From: an uncultured Actinomycetota bacterium
GTDB lineage: Bacteria > Actinomycetota > Actinomycetes > JACCUZ01
Direction: 5' to 3'
DNA length: 64,000 nucleotides
NCBI GenBank assembly: GCA_963726615.1
Contig: CAVSCX010000003.1
Location: 292,238 to 356,237, forward strand
Positions 19,621 to 29,112 of the stretch are shown one piece after another. The position numbers were made by a program, and so were the translations under genes. Numbering within the stretch: the first letter of the stretch is position 1; the number at the start of each line of letters is the position of its first letter. The notes under the pieces are model-generated. The model saw only the letters and a program-made list of their open reading frames with translations. It did not search any database and was not told where the DNA came from.

Positions 19621-20265
19621 TCAGCGGTCGTTGCGCTGCTGCGCCACCTGCCAACGGGCCAGCAGGCCGTCCGGGACCTCCTCCGCCGTGAGGGCGAAGG
19701 ACCGGTGGTCGCGCCACGCGCCGGCGATGTGCAGGAACGCGGCCCGGGTGCCCTCCTCGCGGAAGCCGAGCTTCTCGACGACCCGCAGCGACGCCGCGTT
19801 CTCCGGCCGGATGTTCACCTCGAGGCGGTGCAGGCCGACAGTGCCGAAGCAGTGGTCCGCGGCGAGGGCGACGGCGGTCGGCATGACGCCCCGGCCGGCG
19901 ACCCGCTGGTCGACCCAGTAGCCGACGTGGCCGGAGGCCAGCGACCCCCAGGTGATGCCGCCGACGGTGACCTGACCGACAAGCTGCTCGTCGTGGGTGA
20001 CGACGAAGGGCAGCATCAAGCCCTGGCGGGCCTGGCGCCGCAGCGACCGAACCATCTGGTGGAAGCTCAGGGCCCGACCGGTGTCGCGCGGGGGGGTCGC
20101 CTCCCACGGGGCCAGCCAGGCCGCGTTGCGCGAGCGGACCTCGAGCCAGGCCGTGCGGTCATGGCGGGTGATCGGTCGCAGGCCGACCCGGCCGGCGCGC
20201 AGCGTCGCCGGCCAGCCCGTGGTCGGCCCCCTTGTCGGCCCCTTGGTCGGCCCCCGGCTAGGCAT
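19621..20265 (-). CDS. rimJ: GNAT N-acetyltransferase (ribosomal-protein-alanine acetyltransferase RimJ-like)
   Basis: 214 aa. Start ATG 2 nt after the moaB/mog stop. N-terminal GPTKGPTRGPTTG repeat. Confidence 0.7.
   Translation of the reverse strand: MPSRGPTKGPTRGPTTGWPATLRAGRVGLRPITRHDRTAWLEVRSRNAAWLAPWEATPPRDTGRALSFHQMVRSLRRQARQGLMLPFVVTHDEQLVGQVTVGGITWGSLASGHVGYWVDQRVAGRGVMPTAVALAADHCFGTVGLHRLEVNIRPENAASLRVVEKLGFREEGTRAAFLHIAGAWRDHRSFALTAEEVPDGLLARWQVAQQRNDR
20212..20258. repeat. Short tandem ~12-bp repeat (ggtcggcccc-ttg) encoding GPTxGPTxGPT at the rimJ-like N-terminus
   Basis: ggtcggcccccttgtcggccccttggtcggccccc on the + strand. Confidence 0.5.
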
Positions 20266-20267
20266 GG

Positions 20268-20738
20268 TCAGTGGTCGCTCCCGTGGACCTGCTCGACCGC
20301 GTGCACCAGCAGCGGCGCGAGCACCTCGAGCCCGTCCCGCACACCGCCCGGCGAGCCCGGCAGGTTGACCACCAGCGTGGTCCCCGCGAGCCCGGCCAGC
20401 CCGCGCGAGAGCGCCGCTGTCGGCACCCCCTTGCCGACGCCGTGGGCCCGGAGCGCCTCGGCGATGCCCGGCAGGTCGGTGTCGAGCACCTCACGGGTCA
20501 TCTCGGGGGTCCGGTCGGTGGGCGTGATGCCCGTCCCCCCGGACGTGAGGACCACGTCGTACGCCGACGCGACCGCCTCGCGCAGCACTGCCGCCACCGG
20601 CTCGCCGTCGGGCACCACCCGCGGTCCGTCGACGTCGAAGCCGAGGGCAGCGAGGCCCGCGACGAGCACCGGCCCGGTCCGGTCCTCGTAGACGCCGGCG
20701 CTGGCGCGGTTGGAGACCGACACCACGAGCCCTCTCAC
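20268..20738 (-). CDS. moaB: Molybdenum cofactor biosynthesis protein B / molybdopterin adenylyltransferase (MoaB/MogA family)
   Basis: 156 aa. VLTSGGTGITPTDRTPE signature of the MoaB/MogA fold. Confidence 0.8.
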   Translation of the reverse strand: MRGLVVSVSNRASAGVYEDRTGPVLVAGLAALGFDVDGPRVVPDGEPVAAVLREAVASAYDVVLTSGGTGITPTDRTPEMTREVLDTDLPGIAEALRAHGVGKGVPTAALSRGLAGLAGTTLVVNLPGSPGGVRDGLEVLAPLLVHAVEQVHGSDH

Positions 20739-21238
20739 GAGGGGCCGCCGTCACCGGGCGCCCGGGTCCAGGTGCCGGAGCGGCCACCGGTCTTGGACTC
20801 GACCCGCACGTCGGTGATGGTCGCGCCCTTGTCGACCGCCTTCACCATGTCGACGAGGGCGAGGCCGGCGACCGCCACGCACGTCAACGCCTCCATCTCG
20901 ACGCCGGTGCGGTCGGCGGTGCGGACCGTGGCCGTCACGTGCACGCAGTCGTCGGCGACCCGCAGGTCGACCTCGACGCCGTGGATGGCGATCGGATGGC
21001 AGAGCGGCACGAGGTCGGGCGTCCGCTTCGCAGCCTGGATCCCGGCGATCCGCGCGACCGCGATCGCATCGCCCTTCGGCAGCCCGGCGCCACGCAGCAG
21101 GGCCACCACCTCGGTCGAGACGAGGACCCGACCGGACGCCGTCGCCGTCCGCACCGTGACCTCCTTGCCGGACACGTCGACCATGCGGGCCGCACCGTGC
21201 TCGTCGACGTGCGTCAGGCGCCGCGGCTGCTCGCTCAT
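20735..21238 (-). CDS. moaC: Cyclic pyranopterin monophosphate synthase accessory protein
   Basis: 167 aa. ...LTHVDEHGAARMVDVSGKEVTVR...CHPIAIHGVEVD motif. Confidence 0.85.
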   Translation of the reverse strand: MSEQPRRLTHVDEHGAARMVDVSGKEVTVRTATASGRVLVSTEVVALLRGAGLPKGDAIAVARIAGIQAAKRTPDLVPLCHPIAIHGVEVDLRVADDCVHVTATVRTADRTGVEMEALTCVAVAGLALVDMVKAVDKGATITDVRVESKTGGRSGTWTRAPGDGGPS

Positions 21239-22485
21239 GACAACCGGCGCTCCAGGACCATCACCTCGACGGCGCCGCCCTCGGGCACCTCGGTGACCGC
21301 CTCGGGTACGACGATGAGCGCGTTCGCCTGGGCGAGCGCCCCGACGAGGTGCGAGCCGCTGCCGCCGACGGGTCGCACGACGTAGCGGCCGTCGGCCACG
21401 TCGAGCCAGCCGCGCAGGTACTGCCGCCGCCCTGCTGGCGAGGCCAGTCCTTCGACACTGACCGCGCGCACCGTCGGGCGGTGCAGCGGCTCGACGCCGA
21501 GCATCCGCCGGATCACCGGTCGCACGAAGACCTCGAACGACACGTAGGACGAGACCGGGTTCCCGGGCAGGGTGATGATCGGAGTCGAGTCTGGGCCGAT
21601 GGTGCCGAACCCCTGGGGCTTGCCGGGCTGCATCGCGACCTTCTCGAACTTCACGGTCCCGAGACGCGACAGGACCTCCTTGACGACGTCGTAGGCGCCG
21701 ACGCTGACCCCGCCGCTCGTGAGGACCAGGTCGGCGCGGATCAGCTGGTCCTCGAGAGCGTTCATGAGGGTCCGCGCGTCGTCCGGGATGATGCCGACGC
21801 GGAACGCCAGCGCGCCGGCCTCGCGCGCCGCCGTCGTGAGCATGTACGAGTTCGAGTCGTGGATCTGGCCCGCCGTCGGGCGGGTGCCCGGCTCGACAAG
21901 CTCGCTGCCGGTGGACACGATGACGACGCGGGGCCGGGGTCGCACGACGACGCGGTCACGGCCGACGGCAGCGAGCAGCCCGAGCTGTCCCGGGCCGAGC
22001 CGGGTGCCGGCCTCGAGCACGACCTGGCCGGTGGTGACGTCCTCGCCCCGGCGCCGTATGTGTGCGCCGGACTGCGCTGGCCGGTTGATCGCGACGGACG
22101 CGAGCCCCCGGTCGGTCCACTCGAGCGGCACGACGGCGTCGGCCCCGGTGGGCACCGGGGCGCCGGTCATGATCCGCACCGACATGCCGGGCTGAACCGA
22201 GTAGCTCGACGGTGCGCCGGCTGCGACGTCACCGACGACCGGCAGCCGGACGGGGTCGGCTGTCGACGCCGGGGCGACGTCGTCGACCCGGACCGCGTAC
22301 CCGTCGTGCGAGGCGTTGTCGAACGGCGGCAGGTCGACCTCGGCGGTCACCTTCTCGGCCAGGATGCAGCCGTGCGCGTCCAGCAGCTGGAGGTCGAGCG
22401 GGGCGATCGCCTCGATGGCGCCGAGGACGTCGTCCAGGTGCTGCTCGACCGACTTGAGCTCACCGGGTGACTCCAGCTCGCTCAT
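21235..22485 (-). CDS. moeA: Molybdopterin molybdotransferase
   Basis: Start at MSELESPGELKSVEQHL (ATGA overlap with galU stop). MoeA N-terminal, MoCF-binding (SGGVSVGAYD) and C-terminal domains. Confidence 0.85.
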   Translation of the reverse strand: MSELESPGELKSVEQHLDDVLGAIEAIAPLDLQLLDAHGCILAEKVTAEVDLPPFDNASHDGYAVRVDDVAPASTADPVRLPVVGDVAAGAPSSYSVQPGMSVRIMTGAPVPTGADAVVPLEWTDRGLASVAINRPAQSGAHIRRRGEDVTTGQVVLEAGTRLGPGQLGLLAAVGRDRVVVRPRPRVVIVSTGSELVEPGTRPTAGQIHDSNSYMLTTAAREAGALAFRVGIIPDDARTLMNALEDQLIRADLVLTSGGVSVGAYDVVKEVLSRLGTVKFEKVAMQPGKPQGFGTIGPDSTPIITLPGNPVSSYVSFEVFVRPVIRRMLGVEPLHRPTVRAVSVEGLASPAGRRQYLRGWLDVADGRYVVRPVGGSGSHLVGALAQANALIVVPEAVTEVPEGGAVEVMVLERRLS

Positions 22486-23402
22486 CGGGGCAGCCCGGTC
22501 GCGACGAAGTCGCGCAGCCATTCGGTGAAGTCGGGACCGAGATCGTCCCGCTCGCTGGCCAGCCGCACGACTGTCTTGAGGTATTCCAGGCGGTCGCCGG
22601 TGTCGTAGCGACGGCCCTCGAAGATGACGCCGTGCACCGGACCCTGATCGCCGGTGACGGCCATCTGCCGCAGCGCGTCGGTGAGCTGGATCTCGCCCCC
22701 GCGGCCGGGGTCGGTCTTCCGGAGGACGTCGAAGACGCCGGGGTCGAGGAGGTAACGGCCGATGACAGCAAGGTCGCTCGGCGCCTCCTCCACCGGAGGC
22801 TTCTCGACGAGGTCGGTGATGGTCACGGCAACAGGGTCTCCTGAGTCGGAGACGGCTGCGCAGCCGTAGAGGTTCACCTGGTCCTTCGGGACACGCATGA
22901 GGGCGACCACGCTCCCGCCGTGCCGGGCCCGTACGTCGAGCATCGTCGAGAGCAGGTTGTCGCGCACGTCGATCAGGTCGTCGCCGAGCAGGACGACGAA
23001 CGGCTCCGAGCCGACGTGCCGGGCGGCGCAGAGCACGGCGTGCCCGAGGCCCCGCGGGTCGCCCTGCCGGGTGTAGTGCATGTCGGCGCCGACAGCGGAC
23101 TCGCGCACCCGCGCGAGCCGTTCGGTGTCGCCCTTCGCCTCGAGCGCGGCCTCGAGCTCCCAGTTGCGGTCGAAGTGGTTCTCGATGGCGTTCTTGTTGC
23201 GCCCGGTGACGAGCAACACGTCTGTCAGCCCCGCGGCGACAGCCTCCTCGACGACGTACTGGATGGCCGGCTTGTCGACGACGGGGAGCATCTCCTTCGG
23301 CGTCGCCTTGGTCGCCGGGAGGAACCTGGTGCCCAGCCCGGCAACCGTCACGACGGCCTTGGTCACAGGACGGTGCGGCGCGGTCGGCGGGTCGCTGGCC
23401 AT
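22482..23402 (-). CDS. galU: UTP--glucose-1-phosphate uridylyltransferase
   Basis: 306 aa. AVVTVAGLGTRFLPATKATPKEMLPVVDKP N-terminal nucleotidyltransferase motif. Confidence 0.85.
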   Translation of the reverse strand: MASDPPTAPHRPVTKAVVTVAGLGTRFLPATKATPKEMLPVVDKPAIQYVVEEAVAAGLTDVLLVTGRNKNAIENHFDRNWELEAALEAKGDTERLARVRESAVGADMHYTRQGDPRGLGHAVLCAARHVGSEPFVVLLGDDLIDVRDNLLSTMLDVRARHGGSVVALMRVPKDQVNLYGCAAVSDSGDPVAVTITDLVEKPPVEEAPSDLAVIGRYLLDPGVFDVLRKTDPGRGGEIQLTDALRQMAVTGDQGPVHGVIFEGRRYDTGDRLEYLKTVVRLASERDDLGPDFTEWLRDFVATGLPR

Positions 23403-23423
23403 GACGCAGACCCTAGTGGCCGC

Positions 23424-25397
23424 CTAGGAGCCGGCCGCGCCCACGTTGTCGACGTCGGGCACGTACCACTGGTCCCGGCCGGCCGCCTTGGCCGTGTACA
23501 GGGCCTGGTCGGCGGCCCGCATCAGCGTCGCCGGGGTCTGCCCGTGCGCCGGGAACGACGCCACACCGATCGAGACCGAGATGTCCAGCGCCTCCTCCCC
23601 GTCCTGCCGGAACGGGTTCCGGCGCACCGCTACACAGATCCGCTCGGCCAGCTGGACCGCCCCCTCGACCGAGGTCTCCGGGAGGACCACGACGAACTCC
23701 TCGCCCCCGTAGCGGGCGAACGTGTCCACCTCGCGGACCTGCTCCTGGACCCGGTGCGACAGCTCCCGCAGGACTGCGTCCCCACGTGCGTGTCCGTGGC
23801 GGTCGTTGACCCGCTTGAAGTGGTCGAGGTCGAGCATCAGAACGGCCAGCGGACGGTCGAACCGGGTGGACCGCTCGATCTCCCGGGCCAGGCTCATCGA
23901 CAGGTAGCGGAAGTTCCACAGGCCGGTCAGCGCATCCGTGGTGGACAACCGCTGCGCCTCATGGTGCAGGTGGATGTTGTCCACCGCGATGCTCGCCTGG
24001 TTGGCGAGAGTGCGCAGCGCATCCTCGTCGGCCGCGTCGAAGCTCCGTCCGTCCAGGCGGTCGTACAGCGCGACAACAGCGACGACGTTGCCCATGCTGC
24101 GCAACGGAACCGCGAGCACGACGCCTTCGGCCGGCTCGGTGCCGGCTGCCGCCAGCCCCGCGGACCCCAGCCGGCCCCGCGCGCACTCGCCGGTCGACAG
24201 CACCCGGCCGAGGACCCCGGCGCCGGGAGCAACCGACACCGGCGGCGGCAAGCCGCTCTCGTGCAGCCCGTGCTCGGCGACGAGCTGGAGCCGGTCGGCC
24301 TGCAGGTGCAGGACGGCGCCCGCCCTTGCCTGCAGGGTGACCACCGCGGTCTCGAGGACGACGTGCAGCAGGCCGTCGAGGTCGTGGGTGCTGGTGAGCG
24401 TGTCGCCGATCCGCTCGAGCGAGTCGCGCAGGTCGTCCCGGCTGCGCTCCACCTCGGCGACGCTGCGGCGCAGCTCGCCGGTCAGCGTGTTGAAGGCGCT
24501 GCCCAGACGTCCCGCCTCACCGTCGGTGGTTGCGGAGATGCTGGCGTCGAGGTCGCCGCCGGCGACCCGTTCGGCGGCCTCGGTGATCTCGGCGTAGGGC
24601 CGGCTCAGGTTCCGAGCCACGACCGTGACGAGGGCTCCGGCCGCCAGCGCGCCGGCCACCAGGATCAGTGTCAGCAGCCCGACGCTGCTGCCCCCGGTGT
24701 CGCGCACCGCGACCACGGTGGTCCAGGGGATCCCTCCCTGCGGGGGGCCCACCCGCGCGGTCCAGCCGTCGACGGCGACAACCCCGGTCCGGTCCCGGGT
24801 GGCTCGGACGAGGTCGGCGGTCGGGGCCGGGCCCAGGGTGGACAGGACGACGTCGTCCCCGGCCAGCAGGACGATCTCGCCTGGTGTACCGGACCGCTGC
24901 CGGACGTCGTCGAGCAGCTCACGGTCGAGCCGCTTGGCCACCACCGCGGTGGGCACCGGGTCGCCGGCCCCGTCGGGGGTGAACTCCTGAGCGACCACCG
25001 GGGCGGCTGCGGCACCCAGGCCGGCGACCGGGTCGTCGGTGCAGCGCGGCAGGTCCGTGACCTGGGCACCGTCCGGCAACCGGCCGGCGGATGCCTGCAC
25101 CGCACCGTCCGAGTCCAGCACCGCGGCGTAGTCGACGGAGCTCCCGACCACGGTGGCGACCGCCGCCTCCGGCGTCCCGGCGACCGCCGTGAGTGCCGTG
25201 AGCTGGGCCGCGAGGTTGACCTCGGTGCACTCGTCGCGCAGCTCGGAGCGCACCGCAGCCGACGCGGTCGAGGCGTCGCCCGCCGAGCGGTCCGACCGCG
25301 CGTCCGGGACCGCGACCAGCAGCACGAGGGCGCCGACCACCAGAGGGACCAGGAACAGGCCGGCGAGCACGAGCCAGAGCCGGCGTCGCAGGCTCAC
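23424..25397 (-). CDS. Membrane-bound sensor diguanylate cyclase (periplasmic sensor-HAMP-GAF-GGDEF)
   Basis: GTG start before VSLRRRLWLVLAGLF TM. C-terminal RYGGEEF GGDEF active site plus RxxD I-site-like region. Confidence 0.75.
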   Translation of the reverse strand: MSLRRRLWLVLAGLFLVPLVVGALVLLVAVPDARSDRSAGDASTASAAVRSELRDECTEVNLAAQLTALTAVAGTPEAAVATVVGSSVDYAAVLDSDGAVQASAGRLPDGAQVTDLPRCTDDPVAGLGAAAAPVVAQEFTPDGAGDPVPTAVVAKRLDRELLDDVRQRSGTPGEIVLLAGDDVVLSTLGPAPTADLVRATRDRTGVVAVDGWTARVGPPQGGIPWTTVVAVRDTGGSSVGLLTLILVAGALAAGALVTVVARNLSRPYAEITEAAERVAGGDLDASISATTDGEAGRLGSAFNTLTGELRRSVAEVERSRDDLRDSLERIGDTLTSTHDLDGLLHVVLETAVVTLQARAGAVLHLQADRLQLVAEHGLHESGLPPPVSVAPGAGVLGRVLSTGECARGRLGSAGLAAAGTEPAEGVVLAVPLRSMGNVVAVVALYDRLDGRSFDAADEDALRTLANQASIAVDNIHLHHEAQRLSTTDALTGLWNFRYLSMSLAREIERSTRFDRPLAVLMLDLDHFKRVNDRHGHARGDAVLRELSHRVQEQVREVDTFARYGGEEFVVVLPETSVEGAVQLAERICVAVRRNPFRQDGEEALDISVSIGVASFPAHGQTPATLMRAADQALYTAKAAGRDQWYVPDVDNVGAAGS

Positions 25398-25481
25398 GCC
25401 GGGCCGCCGCGCACGCCCCGGCGCCGTCCCGGCCGCCGGTCGAGCCTGCCGCGACCCGCCCACGGCTGGGACGATGACCGC

Positions 25482-26087
25482 GTGACGGCTGGGACGGGAG
25501 TCGACGTGGGAGGCGCCAAGGCCCGGCTGCGCGCGGCCGTCATCGCCGCGCGCCGGGCGATGTCCGGCCCGGAGCGCGCTGCCGCCGCCTCCTCGGTCAC
25601 TGCCGCCCTGCTCTCCCTTCCTCAGGCCCGGTCCGCCCGGACCGTCGCCCTCTACGTCTCCCTCGGCACCGAGCCTGCCACCGACGAGCTGCTGGAGGCG
25701 TTCCGGTCGGTCGACGTCCGGGTGCTGCTCCCCGTGGTTCGCGGCGACCTCGACCTGGACTGGGCAATCTACGCAGGAGTGGAGCATCTGTCGCCCGCCG
25801 CACGGGGGACCCGGGCACCCGACGGGGAGCTCCTGGGCGTGGCCGCGGTCTCAGGGGCCGACCTGGTTGTCGTCCCGGCCCTGGCCGTGGGGCCGGACGG
25901 CTCCCGCCTGGGCCGCGGCGGGGGGTCGTACGACCGCGCGCTGAGCCGGGTGCCGCCCGGGCGGGCGGTGGTCGCCCTGCTCTACGACGGGGAGCTGCTC
26001 CCGTCCGTACCCAGCGAGCCGCACGACCGGCCCGTCACCCTCGCGGTGACGCCCTCCGGGGTGCACCGACCGGACCCGGGCCCGTGA
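25482..26087 (+). CDS. 5-formyltetrahydrofolate cyclo-ligase
   Basis: 201 aa (GTG start) in the C-terminal frame of the giant spurious track ORF 22920..26087. Conserved neighbour of galU (as Rv0992c). Confidence 0.65.
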   Translation: MTAGTGVDVGGAKARLRAAVIAARRAMSGPERAAAASSVTAALLSLPQARSARTVALYVSLGTEPATDELLEAFRSVDVRVLLPVVRGDLDLDWAIYAGVEHLSPAARGTRAPDGELLGVAAVSGADLVVVPALAVGPDGSRLGRGGGSYDRALSRVPPGRAVVALLYDGELLPSVPSEPHDRPVTLAVTPSGVHRPDPGP

Positions 26088-27610
26088 GCATCCACGAGCT
26101 CGACGTGTTCCTGCTCGTCGGGGCCGTCGTCCTGCTGGTGTCGATCGCGGCTGTCCGGCTGGCGGTGGGGAGCGGCCTGCCGACGCTGCTGCTCTACCTC
26201 GGCGTCGGCCTGGTGCTCGGCGAGAACGTCCTCGGGCTGGGCTTCGACGACGCCCAGCTGGCGCGGGTGCTCGGGTACGCGGCCCTGGTCGTCATCCTGG
26301 CCGAGGGCGGGCTGACGGCGTCGTACTCCAGCATCCGGGCGGCGGTGCCGTCGGCCGCCGCACTGGCGACACTGGGCAGCGCGGTCTCGGTGGCGGTCGT
26401 CGCGGGCGCGGCGCACCTCGTGCTCGACGTCGGCTGGCGCGACGCCCTGCTCATCGGTGCCGTGCTCGCACCCACCGACTCGGCGGCGGTCTTCTCCGTC
26501 CTGCGCAAGGTGCCACTCCCCCCTCGTGTCGGCGGCCTGCTCGAGGCCGAGTCCGGCTTCAACGACGCACCCGTCGTCATCCTGGTGGTCGCCCTCGCCG
26601 GGTCGGAGGCCCCGACCTGGTGGGGGCTGTCGCTGCTGATCGGCTACGAGCTGGCCCTCGGCGCAGTCGTGGGCCTGGCGGTGGGGTTCGCCGGCGCCTG
26701 GGGCGTGCGTCGGATCGCGCTGCCCTCGTCGGGTCTCTACCCGTTGGCCGTGCTCGCGCTCTGCGTGACGGCCTACGGCGCGGCGGCCGTGGCGCACGCG
26801 AGCGGCTTCCTGGCCGTGTACCTGGCGGCCCTCGTCCTGGGCAACGTGCGGCTGCCGCACCGTCCGGCAACGCGCGGTTTCGTCGAGGGGGCCGGCTGGC
26901 TGGCGCAGATCGGCCTGTTCGTCATGCTCGGCCTGCTCGCGACGCCCTCCGAGCTGGGTTCCTCCGTCCTGCCGGCTTTGGCCATCGGGCTGGTCCTGCT
27001 CGTGGTGGCCAGGCCGCTCGCCGTGATGGCGTCGCTGCTGCCGTTCCGGTGGTCCCTGTCCCGGCTCTCGTTCCCCGGGTGGTGGCACTTCCCGACCACG
27101 CGCCCCGAACTGCTGCTGCTGTCCTGGGCCGGCCTGCGCGGCGCCGTACCCGTCGTGCTCGCCACCGTGACGGCAGACCAGGAGATCTTCAACCTGGTCT
27201 TCGTCCTGGTCGTCGTCTTCACCCTCGTCCAGGCACCGACGCTGCCCTGGGTCGCGCGAAAGCTCGGGGTGGTGGACGAGGAGGAGGCGCACGAGCTCGA
27301 CATCGAGTCGTCGCCGCTGACCAGGCTCGACGCCGACCTGCTCCAGGTCCACGTCGCCCCCGGATCACGTCTGGCCGGGGTGGAGGTGGTGGAGCTGAAC
27401 CTGCCGAGGGGCGCCGCGGTCACGCTGATCGTCCGCGGCGGGCAGGCGTTCGTGCCGACGTCGAGCACGCCGTTGCAGGTGGGCGACGACCTGATCCTTG
27501 TCGCCACCGAGTCGGTGCGCACCGAGGTCGAGCGCCGGTTGCGCGCCGTCTCACGCGGCGGCCGGCTGGCCGACTGGCAGAACCCGGTACGCCGGCCCCG
27601 GCGCCCCTGA
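26084..27610 (+). CDS. K+/H+ (monovalent cation/proton) antiporter, CPA1/NhaP2 family with C-terminal TrkA-C domain
   Basis: 508 aa. GTG start overlapping previous stop (GTGA). ~12 TM plus RCK_C-like tail. Confidence 0.8.
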   Translation: MSIHELDVFLLVGAVVLLVSIAAVRLAVGSGLPTLLLYLGVGLVLGENVLGLGFDDAQLARVLGYAALVVILAEGGLTASYSSIRAAVPSAAALATLGSAVSVAVVAGAAHLVLDVGWRDALLIGAVLAPTDSAAVFSVLRKVPLPPRVGGLLEAESGFNDAPVVILVVALAGSEAPTWWGLSLLIGYELALGAVVGLAVGFAGAWGVRRIALPSSGLYPLAVLALCVTAYGAAAVAHASGFLAVYLAALVLGNVRLPHRPATRGFVEGAGWLAQIGLFVMLGLLATPSELGSSVLPALAIGLVLLVVARPLAVMASLLPFRWSLSRLSFPGWWHFPTTRPELLLLSWAGLRGAVPVVLATVTADQEIFNLVFVLVVVFTLVQAPTLPWVARKLGVVDEEEAHELDIESSPLTRLDADLLQVHVAPGSRLAGVEVVELNLPRGAAVTLIVRGGQAFVPTSSTPLQVGDDLILVATESVRTEVERRLRAVSRGGRLADWQNPVRRPRRP

Positions 27611-27733
27611 CTCCGCCGCGACACCAGCAACAGCGGAACACCAACGACGGCGAAACACACCCCCGGCGGCGAGTCGCCGTCCCCGGACGGGGTTGTGCCG
27701 TCGTCCGTGCGCGGACGCGGAGTACTGCCTGGC

Positions 27734-29095
27734 TCAGGTCAGCGGGACCCCGAGGACGGCGGCCGCCACCCCCAGCAGCGCGCACGCGCCGAGGGTGCGG
27801 AGCACCGACCACCGGTACCGGAACAGGAGCACCGCGGCGAGCAGGGCCGCGACGACAGCGAGCGGGCGCAGGGTCGTGACGTCCGGGACGTCGAGGTGCA
27901 AGGGCCCGGCGTCGCGGCGGTCCACCTCGGCGAACAGTGTGTGCAGGGCGAAGAACAGCGCGAGGTTCGCGATCACCCCGACCACCGCCGCGGTGACGCC
28001 CTGCAGCGCGGCGGCCACGGCCCGGTTGCTGCGCAGCCGCTCGACGTACGGCGCCCCGAGGAACACCAGCAGCATGGCGGGCACGAACGTCACCCACGTC
28101 GTGAGCAGGGCGCCGAGCGTGGCCGCCACCCACGGGTCGAGCCCACCTGGGTCGCGGTAGGCACCGAGGAAGCCGACGAACTGCAGCACCATGATGAGCG
28201 GGCCAGGGGTGGTCTCGGCGAGGCCGAGGCCGCGGACCATCTCCCCCGGCCCCAGCCAGCCGTAGGACTCGACCGCGTGCTGCGCGACGAAGGAGAGCAC
28301 GGCGTACGCGCCACCGAAGGTCACGAGTGCGGTGCCCGAGAAGAAGAGGCCCTCGGTCGTGAGGGTGCTGCCGCGACCGGTGGCGACGACCACGACGAGC
28401 ACGGGCAGCCACCACACGACCAGCCCGAGGGAGAGCACCCGGCCGGTCCGCGCGAGGCTGGGGCGGTCGTCGTGCAGGGCGTCGTCGCGGACGAGCGGCG
28501 CGGCGCCCTCGCCGGCGTCCCCGTCCGGTGCCGTCAGCGCATCGGGGCGGGCCCGCCCGAGCAACCAGCCGGTCAGGCCCGCGGCGAGCACCACGACGGG
28601 GAACGGCACCGCGAACAGCGCCAGGGCTGCGAACGCCAGCACCGCGACCGCCACCAGGGACCGGCGCCGGAGGGCACGACGGCCCAGCCGGACCAGGGCC
28701 TGCGCCACGATCGACAGCACGGCCGGAGCGATCCCGGCGAACAGCGCCGTGACCGCCGTGGTGGTGCCGTAGGCGACGTACACCGCGGAGAGCGCGAACA
28801 GGGCGATGGCGCCCGGCAGCACGAACAGAGTCCCGGCGAGCAGCCCGCCCCGCGTCCCGTTGAGCAGCCAGCCGACGTACACCGCGAGCTGGGTTGCCTC
28901 GGGGCCGGGCAGGATGGTGCAGAAGTTCAGGGCGTGCTGGAACCGGCCTCGGCCGATCCAGCGGCGCTCGTCCACCAGGGTCCGCTGCATGACCGCGATC
29001 TGGCCGGCCGGACCGCCGAAGGACTGGAGCGCGACAAGGCCCCACACCTTGGCCGCGGTCCGCAGCGGGACCACGTCCTGCCCGGCCCCACCCAC
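27734..29095 (-). CDS. chrA: Chromate transporter ChrA (tandem CHR domains)
   Basis: Start uncertain (GTG around 29074-29095). LVALQSFGGPAGQIAVMQ and second-repeat ...FGGAYAVLSFVAQHAV... motifs. Confidence 0.7.
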   Translation of the reverse strand: MGGAGQDVVPLRTAAKVWGLVALQSFGGPAGQIAVMQRTLVDERRWIGRGRFQHALNFCTILPGPEATQLAVYVGWLLNGTRGGLLAGTLFVLPGAIALFALSAVYVAYGTTTAVTALFAGIAPAVLSIVAQALVRLGRRALRRRSLVAVAVLAFAALALFAVPFPVVVLAAGLTGWLLGRARPDALTAPDGDAGEGAAPLVRDDALHDDRPSLARTGRVLSLGLVVWWLPVLVVVVATGRGSTLTTEGLFFSGTALVTFGGAYAVLSFVAQHAVESYGWLGPGEMVRGLGLAETTPGPLIMVLQFVGFLGAYRDPGGLDPWVAATLGALLTTWVTFVPAMLLVFLGAPYVERLRSNRAVAAALQGVTAAVVGVIANLALFFALHTLFAEVDRRDAGPLHLDVPDVTTLRPLAVVAALLAAVLLFRYRWSVLRTLGACALLGVAAAVLGVPLT

Positions 29096-29112
29096 ACGGG
29101 GCAGCGTAGGGG

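Noticed and set aside
18456-19691. 411-aa + strand ORF starting inside the tRNA
   Set aside because: Begins within the tRNA-Ala gene and runs antisense to the Rv0996-like membrane protein. Product is low-complexity.
22920-25480. N-terminal 850 aa of the 1055-aa + strand ORF 22920..26087
   Set aside because: Antisense to galU and the GGDEF gene. Only the last 201 codons (5-formyl-THF cyclo-ligase, 25482..26087) are credible.
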